Assembly: GCA_003345555.1 (NCBI GenBank)
Contig: PRDJ01000033.1
Location: 13,564-45,563 of the forward strand
Reading direction: 5' to 3'
Length of the DNA: 32,000 bases
Source: Candidatus Thorarchaeota archaeon
GTDB taxonomy: Archaea > Asgardarchaeota > Thorarchaeia > Thorarchaeales > Thorarchaeaceae
The notes below the pieces were generated by a model. It searched no databases and was not told the DNA's origin. It worked only from the letters and a program-made list of their open reading frames with translations. Shown here in pieces: positions 25,992-32,000 of the stretch (the first letter of the stretch is position 1; each line of letters opens with the position of its first letter). The position numbers were made by a program, and so were the translations under genes.

Positions 25992-27755
25992 TCAGACAAT
26001 CTGGAATGTGCTCGCAATAATCACGGCGAGGAGAAATGCATTGAGCAGCGCTGTAGACATGTAGCTCTTCGATAGACCACCTACCCACAGGGTGATTAGA
26101 GCAGTGAGGCCAAACAGGACGGCGAACGGCAGCATCAGCAGGGCCACAAACATCACGAACCCGAGCTGTGCTCCCGCCAAGAACGGCAGATACAGAGCCG
26201 CTATCACGATTCCGAAGCCAGCCAACTTGTGAACGATTGCTCCCACAGACTTCTTTGATAGTGATAAGAACGAAGTCCATCCGGACACGACGCCAACGAC
26301 TCTGTCTAGCCAAAGAACGTCTACGTAGAACAGTGGCAAGAGTGTCATGGTCAGGACAACTGTAGACAGTGCTCTGAGCAGGAGAGCGCCGCTAATCACC
26401 TGTGGTGTGGCACTGATCTTAATACCGGCCAAGGAAGAGGAGAGGTAAGACCAGGCGCACAGCCAGACGATTATTGGAACAACAGGAATCAATGACCTTG
26501 CGAAGTTGTCAAGTGCTCGTTTGACTTGCATCTGAAAACCGTGGCCAATCTCGGATTGAGTCTGGGGTCGACCAAAGTTTCTTCGAATGAAGTAGATGGC
26601 AACTGGGAATATAACCAGAGAGAAAATCGTGAATGCTGTGCCGAATGATACAGGAACGATGACAATCCCTGCAAACTCCATTATGAGGCCTATGAACATC
26701 AATGAAAGAAACATCACTGCACTCAGAGAACCCAACAAGAGGCTGAATCTCAGAGCCTTAGACCGGCCCATCGGAGTCCACATATCCGTGCTAGCACGCG
26801 GCCTCAGCCTAGGAGGCAACTTGGTATACGTGATTAGGTACAACGGAAATAAAGACAGCAGCATTGCCGAAGCTTGTAGCAGACCCCCTATGTCTGCATA
26901 CTGGTAGACTTGATTTGAGATAGGAAGTGTGTGCTGCTCAAACTGGGACACACCTTGCAGAGAACGACCAAGCCAATCGACCGACTGCATGACTATTGTG
27001 ACATCGGAAATCTCGAAGAGATGATTTGTGAAGCTTAACACAAGCTTTCTTGCACTCCCGTCCGAGAAGCTGCCATAGATTGTGCCCGATGAAACGTCGG
27101 AAAGCCCTGTTGCAATCCTTAGAGTCGTATATGCAAGCTCAGGCGAGACCAGCTCGTCATAGAACCCGCAAGCTATCATCAGGTTATGGGGGTGGGTCTG
27201 GTTTAAGGAGAGAGAAAGGCCACCGAAGTTCTCGCCCATTCCTCCGCCGATGATTACAGTCGCATTGGGCTGAACTGACATGTTCTGCATGAGCATAGCC
27301 ACACCTGCACCCAATGAATGTCCGAGAACACCCCAAGTTGAGTTGCTTGTGTCAGGGTCGTTACTTTGAACATAGCGGACTGCTTCGTAAGCATCACTCA
27401 CAACTTCCATGAATGTCCCGAAACTGAATGTCTCTGACGACACTCCATGCCCGGCCAAGTCGACGGAGACGACTGTGAAATTCCTCCGAGCCAACTCGAT
27501 ATTGACCGGCAGCATCTCCGCCCTTGATGCAGAAATACCGTGAATCGTAAGGACTGCCGGTAGGGGTGCGCCATAGGTTAGGATGCGAGGCTTGTAGACG
27601 GAGAAATCAACCACCCGGCCATTTGTTCGCGTTATTTGTATGTTCACGACGGTGACTTCCCCCAGTCCTCTCTCAGCGGACCAAACCATGTAGGTTGACG
27701 ATGCAATGATCACCGAAAGAATGAACAGTGCTAGGTACCTTGGTTCCCTTGCCAA
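25992..27755 (-). CDS. Membrane-bound alpha/beta-fold serine hydrolase with a multi-TM C-terminal half
   Basis: IHG, DLAGHG, GHSLG nucleophile, YDELV, TNHLFE; N-terminal TM and about 8 C-terminal TM helices; GGAGG before TTG at 27755. Confidence 0.82.
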   Translation of the reverse strand: MAREPRYLALFILSVIIASSTYMVWSAERGLGEVTVVNIQITRTNGRVVDFSVYKPRILTYGAPLPAVLTIHGISASRAEMLPVNIELARRNFTVVSVDLAGHGVSSETFSFGTFMEVVSDAYEAVRYVQSNDPDTSNSTWGVLGHSLGAGVAMLMQNMSVQPNATVIIGGGMGENFGGLSLSLNQTHPHNLMIACGFYDELVSPELAYTTLRIATGLSDVSSGTIYGSFSDGSARKLVLSFTNHLFEISDVTIVMQSVDWLGRSLQGVSQFEQHTLPISNQVYQYADIGGLLQASAMLLSLFPLYLITYTKLPPRLRPRASTDMWTPMGRSKALRFSLLLGSLSAVMFLSLMFIGLIMEFAGIVIVPVSFGTAFTIFSLVIFPVAIYFIRRNFGRPQTQSEIGHGFQMQVKRALDNFARSLIPVVPIIVWLCAWSYLSSSLAGIKISATPQVISGALLLRALSTVVLTMTLLPLFYVDVLWLDRVVGVVSGWTSFLSLSKKSVGAIVHKLAGFGIVIAALYLPFLAGAQLGFVMFVALLMLPFAVLFGLTALITLWVGGLSKSYMSTALLNAFLLAVIIASTFQIV

Positions 27756-27943
27756 GTTCGTTCCTCCTGATTTGCCGGGTCTACCCCCCGAAATAAGTAT
27801 TAGCCGTAAGCCGTCTGCCTGCCCTGTGCCTTCATCGGACAATCGAAATGCAAAGGTCTGCTCCAACAACTTGGTCCAATACTCTCATATACGCTTGCGC
27901 ACGTCTTGACCCTGACAACCTCAGTGGGAGGAGAGTCACAGCC

Positions 27944-29365
27944 ATGTCACACTTGGAAGACGGTGCCAAGATGTTGTCTGATTTCGGCCTCACGCCATGT
28001 GAAGCCAAAGTGTATCTGGCTGTGGTCAGACTCGGACCGACGTCGGCAAGCAGGATTTCGAAGTTGGCTGGTGTCCGTCGAGAGGAGGTATACAGAACCC
28101 TGCCCCGACTCGAAAAGGCGGGAATAGTCGATAGAGTATTGGGCAGACCAGTGAAGGTCAAAGCATTACCAGTAGAGGATGCACTCTCGCTCCTCATTGA
28201 ACACAAGAAGGAAGAACTGCAGAAATCAGTCTCGGAGCTGAGTGCCAAGAAGGACAGATTCCTCCTCAGCTTCAAGTCCGAAATCCAAAGTACAGATTCT
28301 CGAGAGAATGGTTCCCACTTCGTTCTGATATCGGAGAAGGAAGCGATTACAAGGAGAACGGCAGTCCTAGCCGGCAAGGCAAGAGAGAGTATTGATCTGG
28401 CAGACTCCAGTGACTATGTGATCCGCTTCATCTTCAGTTACGCTGAAGCACTCAAGAAAGCCAGCGGAAGAGGAGTGAGATTCCGCATCCTGACGGACTG
28501 CCCTGATGATGAGAACGCTGTCCCAAGAGCGTTAGAGAGCTTCATGCCGAGAAACTCATTCAACTTGCGCTACCATGAGGAGATTCCCAGCCGATATGTC
28601 ATCTTCGATGGCAAAGAGTCTATGATTACTACATCTCCAGGAGGAGGGCTGGCGGAGAGCAATACACTTTGGACAGATGATGCCAGCCTCGTGATGCTTA
28701 TGCAGAGAGGCTTTGAGGATCAGTTTCGCTCTGCAACCGACTGCAAGGATTTCCACTTCTCAGCTTCTGACAAGCTGGCACGGGTTCTCAAAGGCCTCAA
28801 ACCAAGGGACCACGCAATACTAGTCTACAATTCCCCGGAGGTAAAGCGGGAAGCCCTTTTCACCTACATTAGGTACGGTTTAGAGAGAGGAGAAGCAGCT
28901 AAATACGTCTGTTCAGAAGAAACCCCGAGCGAGATCCGGAAAGCTATGAGAAGCTTTGGAGTCAACGTTGAGGAGTACGAAAAGACAGGAGCCTTGGACG
29001 TGCTTCACTACACAAGCATATACATCAGGGATGGAAAATTCACTATCCCGGATGTGATGAATTCGTGGGATAATTACTACAGAGAAGCAATAGCCATGGG
29101 CTTCAAAGGGCTTAGAGTCACAGGTGAAATGAGCTGCTTTATTGAGCACAAACTGGTCCGAGAGCTGCTTGAGTATGAACAGGCACTACACACGACTCTT
29201 GATATCCCTATTACTGCGATATGTGCCTACAACTCCCAAGCATTGGGTAGAATCGACAATCCGATAGATGTCTACTCCGAATTGGTAAAAGCACACGGTA
29301 AGCTTCTATTTGCTGGAAGCGACACTAGGACCTCAGAGAGAATGGAACTCCGAAAGGCCCGATAG
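27944..29365 (+). CDS. TrmB-family regulator with a C-terminal MEDS sensor domain
   Basis: FGLTPCEAKVYLA..ISKLAGVRREEVYRTLPRLEKAGIV (TrmB wHTH); SRYVIFDGKE (TrmB effector domain); DHAILVY..YIRYGLERGE..GLRVTGEM..LLEYE..AICAYN (MEDS). GGAGG before ATG at 27944. Confidence 0.88.
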   Translation: MSHLEDGAKMLSDFGLTPCEAKVYLAVVRLGPTSASRISKLAGVRREEVYRTLPRLEKAGIVDRVLGRPVKVKALPVEDALSLLIEHKKEELQKSVSELSAKKDRFLLSFKSEIQSTDSRENGSHFVLISEKEAITRRTAVLAGKARESIDLADSSDYVIRFIFSYAEALKKASGRGVRFRILTDCPDDENAVPRALESFMPRNSFNLRYHEEIPSRYVIFDGKESMITTSPGGGLAESNTLWTDDASLVMLMQRGFEDQFRSATDCKDFHFSASDKLARVLKGLKPRDHAILVYNSPEVKREALFTYIRYGLERGEAAKYVCSEETPSEIRKAMRSFGVNVEEYEKTGALDVLHYTSIYIRDGKFTIPDVMNSWDNYYREAIAMGFKGLRVTGEMSCFIEHKLVRELLEYEQALHTTLDIPITAICAYNSQALGRIDNPIDVYSELVKAHGKLLFAGSDTRTSERMELRKAR

Positions 29366-29445
29366 CCTCATTGACAAAAGCACATTGTTAGAGTCTGATG
29401 CCAGAGCATAGGGGCAAGTAAGACCTCGGTCTCTAGAAAGCCCAT

Positions 29446-29700
29446 CTATGCCGGCACGTAAATCCACTGTCGCATATCTTGCAGGCAGGGTACTCTCTTG
29501 ATCAGCTTCTTCTTCAGAAGCTTTCTCAGGGCATACCTTACGGTTCTTGGCGCAAAAGAGACTTTGTCCAAGAGCTGCTTCGGGGTAGCTCCGTTCATTC
29601 CGTTCTTCCGGAGAAGATCTAGTACAATCGTCTGGCTTTTTGTCAGCCGAACGACGTCTAGTTCCTCCCCTAGGCTTCTGTCACTCATCATATCTGACAC
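29446..29700 (-). CDS. Small archaeal winged-helix (MarR-like) protein
   Basis: LTKSQTIVLDLL..PRTVRYALRKL..LIKRVP.LQDMRQWIY; alternative ATG starts at 29691 and 29688. Confidence 0.8.
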   Translation of the reverse strand: MSDMMSDRSLGEELDVVRLTKSQTIVLDLLRKNGMNGATPKQLLDKVSFAPRTVRYALRKLLKKKLIKRVPCLQDMRQWIYVPA

Positions 29701-29733
29701 CTAACCTATAGATGATCGGCTGACCAAAAACCG

Positions 29734-29768
29734 ATTTAACCATGTGTGACTGCCAAGCTACAGTCACA
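29734..29768 (-). promoter_or_regulatory. TATA-like box and upstream inverted repeat for the small wHTH gene
   Basis: TTAAAT on the minus strand (29739-29734), 34 nt above the GTG; TGTGACTG-N8-CAGTCACA at 29745-29768. Confidence 0.4.
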
Positions 29769-30009
29769 TACCGGTTGTCGAGATTGTAGAGCAGTTCTCA
29801 ATCGATACTCAACCTGTTCTCTCCTGCCTCTGTGTCTAATTTCGCCCAAGAGAATCCTCGAATCAGAAAGCAGGAAGGAAATTCTATCCGATTACTTGGT
29901 ATCACCAACCAGACACAACAATGGGTCAGCCTGTCGAAATCCAATGAATCACCATAGGAAAGGCCAATAGCCGGACACATTGTGCAACAGACAGGTCTGG
30001 TGGCTTCAA

Positions 30010-30444
30010 ATGAAGACTAAGCCCGATATCTTGCGAACGGCAATGGATTCCCTGAATGTAGCAGTGGTTGTAATAGATGACAAGGAGCGCATAGTCATGT
30101 TCAATCGGACTGCTGGCCAGTTGTTTGGACAGGACGCACAAGACAGAATTGACAGCTCCATTCTTCGTTGTCACCCTGAGAGGGCTGAGCCGGGTGTATT
30201 GAAAATGATAGGTCAGATGAAGAGCGGAGAACTGAAGAAGTACCAAGGCTGGGTGAACTTCCGTGGCAGTATTCTCTATGAGTACATCTATCCTCTTCTG
30301 GACCGGGACGGCAATTACATGGGTGCCGTAGCAGAGCTGCATCCTGCCGCTGAGAAGGCAGAGTATCTCAAGAGCCGAGGCGAATTCAAGGAACCAGAGC
30401 TACACGGCGTAGGAGAAAGCTCGCCACGTAGTCCGCATCCGTAA
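30010..30444 (+). CDS. Stand-alone PAS-domain protein
   Basis: MDSLNVAVVVIDDKERIVMFN..ILRCHP..YIYPLLDRDGNYMGAVAEL; ATG at 30010. Confidence 0.8.
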   Translation: MKTKPDILRTAMDSLNVAVVVIDDKERIVMFNRTAGQLFGQDAQDRIDSSILRCHPERAEPGVLKMIGQMKSGELKKYQGWVNFRGSILYEYIYPLLDRDGNYMGAVAELHPAAEKAEYLKSRGEFKEPELHGVGESSPRSPHP

Positions 30445-30472
30445 GAGGCGCATCCGGCCAACTAGGACATGC

Positions 30473-30502
30473 AATGCGGCTGCCCTCTCTACAAACCGCA
30501 TT
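30473..30502. terminator. Weak hairpin between the convergent PAS and nucleotidyltransferase genes
   Basis: AATGCGG...CCGCATT 7-bp stem with a 16-nt loop, in pyrimidine-rich sequence. Confidence 0.25.
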
Positions 30503-30574
30503 TCAATCCTTCTGCACTGTTTTCGCTTTCTCTGCTTGTCAGGTCAGGTTCAGGATACTGCCAAAGACTATGGT

Positions 30575-31324
30575 CTAACCAATCTGATTGTCTACAGTTC
30601 TTCGCCAAGGTATCCGTTCTCCCACCAAGGATCTAATCTTCCAGCGTGTCGTCTTCTTACTCTCGACCATAGCATTCCTTAGAGCACTCAGAGTCTGCAG
30701 AACGTGTTCGTTGTCAACTAGATTCAATCCGTAGGAACCAAGAATATCGAAACACTTGGCCACAGATTCCAACACATCGTGATACAGACCCCACGATCTG
30801 GAACATAGACGTGCGATGTAATCGATATTGATGGTGTCAGGCAAGTCTTGGTCGCCAAGCGGCAAATCGTTCAGAAAGGTGATGATATCCCGGATGTCCT
30901 TGTCGTTCAGTCTTGAAATCGATAACTTGGAGAGAAGTAGGTCGCTGACCGACAGCGTTGACTCTTCTATCTCTAGTCGCTCCTGCAGCTTAATGACGTG
31001 TTCGAAATCCAGATTATCAAGAAAGACATCTACATGATCTTTGGACCCCAGTTTCCCGAAAAGCATCCGTTTCCCGCCCGTTGCCATGGTCATGCCAGTG
31101 TTCTCCACATACCCGAGGCCTTTGATGATGCCAGCAATCTGCGCCGATTGCTTTGATAGTCCAGCCAAGTCTATGTCAACGTGACTTCGCTCACAGAAGG
31201 CCATTTTCTTGCAGTGAACTTGGAACGCCAGTCCCCCAGCCAAGCGAAGAATGACGCCCTTCTCTTTGGCCGCCAAGAGAAGCCTTTTGGCCTCTGTGAT
31301 GTCCATGTGAGAGACTTCGCTCAA
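30575..31324 (-). CDS. Uncharacterised nucleotidyltransferase-fold protein
   Basis: LRLAGGLAFQVH..RSHVDIDL..VDVFLD..DLLLSKL..KDIRD pattern; start may be ATG at 31306. Confidence 0.72.
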   Translation of the reverse strand: MSEVSHMDITEAKRLLLAAKEKGVILRLAGGLAFQVHCKKMAFCERSHVDIDLAGLSKQSAQIAGIIKGLGYVENTGMTMATGGKRMLFGKLGSKDHVDVFLDNLDFEHVIKLQERLEIEESTLSVSDLLLSKLSISRLNDKDIRDIITFLNDLPLGDQDLPDTINIDYIARLCSRSWGLYHDVLESVAKCFDILGSYGLNLVDNEHVLQTLSALRNAMVESKKTTRWKIRSLVGERIPWRRTVDNQIG

Positions 31325-31584
31325 CGTCGATTCATGTCAATCTTTCACTTTGCTTACTTAAGCTGATGTATCGGTACCGGGATTCCTATCTGGATAGAAG
31401 TATATGAAAGCAGGGGCATTCCAGAGAGATGATACCAAGAAAACCGAGAATGATTTACTAATCGCAGGTTCGTCGTCAGAATGTAAGACTCCGGAAATCT
31501 GGGAATCTGCTGGGAGCATGGCACGCAGCAGGCAAGCCTTAAGAAATGTGGAGATGGCTCGGATTCGGATGTGCGTGAACCGAA

Positions 31585-31878
31585 ATGGGTTGGTGCGTCA
31601 TGGTCAAGGGGCCCTGCCTAGGGGAAAAATGCGATTTCTGGGCCAGAGTGAAACTAAGGAAGCAGACAGTAGATGAGATTGTTGGCGAAATCCTAAGCAG
31701 CATGACCCCTTGCGCCGACACCAGTATCGCAGATATCGAAGGGGCGCTCGATAGCTACTGGGGTGATATTGGTATAAAGGACATGGAAGCAATTCGCCGA
31801 GAGGAGCCCGGTCTGTATTCTAAAATGAAACAGGTCGAAGCTAAAGTACATTCAAAGTTGAATTCATCATCTAGTTGA
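31585..31878 (+). CDS. Hypothetical 97-aa protein with an N-terminal three-Cys motif
   Basis: WCVMVKGPCLGEKCDFW followed by a helical, charged region; fills the gap between two other genes. Confidence 0.5.
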   Translation: MGWCVMVKGPCLGEKCDFWARVKLRKQTVDEIVGEILSSMTPCADTSIADIEGALDSYWGDIGIKDMEAIRREEPGLYSKMKQVEAKVHSKLNSSSS

Positions 31879-32000
31879 ACTGTGGCGGAACAGGGACCAT
31901 GTCGCCTCTGTTGAGAATCCACTTTGGATCGAGCGCTCTCTTGACCGCCTGCATTTCCGAAATCCCTTGGTGACCATACATGACCTCTAGGAACGCTCGT
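31871..32000 (-). CDS. C-terminus of an FAD-linked oxidase (GlcD/D-lactate dehydrogenase family), 5' part outside the window
   Basis: Hand translation: ...AFLEVMYGHQGISEMQAVKRALDPKWILNRGDMVPVPPQFN*, matching the K..lDP..ILNpG terminus. Confidence 0.7.
   Translation of the reverse strand, partial: RAFLEVMYGHQGISEMQAVKRALDPKWILNRGDMVPVPPQFN

Noticed and set aside
31546-31587. In-frame TGA upstream of the 97-aa Cys-containing ORF (MWRWLGFGCA*TEM)
   Set aside because: No recognisable selenoprotein motif or SECIS; a simple start at 31585 explains the ORF.
1-32000. CRISPR arrays, IS elements or integrases, rRNA and tRNA genes
   Set aside because: I saw no regularly spaced repeats, transposase or integrase motifs, or RNA gene signatures on either strand.

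Overview
Gene-dense window from an anaerobic archaeon. Evidence: TATA-type promoters, GGAGG/GGTG ribosome-binding sites, archaeal IPK, TrmB and four-subunit OFOR genes. An Asgard (Thorarchaeia-like) or Bathyarchaeia origin is my inference and cannot be proven here. The first 11 kb is a heterodisulfide-reductase hub: three HdrC (one cut by the window edge and absent from the ORF track), two methanogen-type HdrB, and a 1154-aa HdrA with two FAD modules plus a fused MvhD. A class I aldolase, a radical SAM gene with a decayed partial paralog, and a DUF3795 protein are interleaved. In the middle, a four-subunit 2-oxoacid:ferredoxin oxidoreductase operon converges on an ATP-activated 2-hydroxyacyl-CoA dehydratase/benzoyl-CoA-reductase-family trio, which is divergent from an acyl-CoA ligase. 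The right part has a gamma-CA, a phytol/farnesol-kinase-like gene with isopentenyl phosphate kinase, DUF4184, ahcY, a membrane serine hydrolase, a TrmB-MEDS regulator, small wHTH and PAS proteins, a nucleotidyltransferase and the end of an FAD-linked oxidase. I found no rRNA, tRNA, CRISPR array or transposase. The best candidates for something undescribed are: (i) the asymmetric two-flavin HdrA-MvhD, whose second module lacks both conserved flavin-contacting residues; (ii) the ligase + radical dehydratase/reductase + OFOR + Hdr catabolic cluster; (iii) a two-kinase isoprenoid-alcohol salvage operon. All family calls come from motifs recognised by eye; no searches were run.
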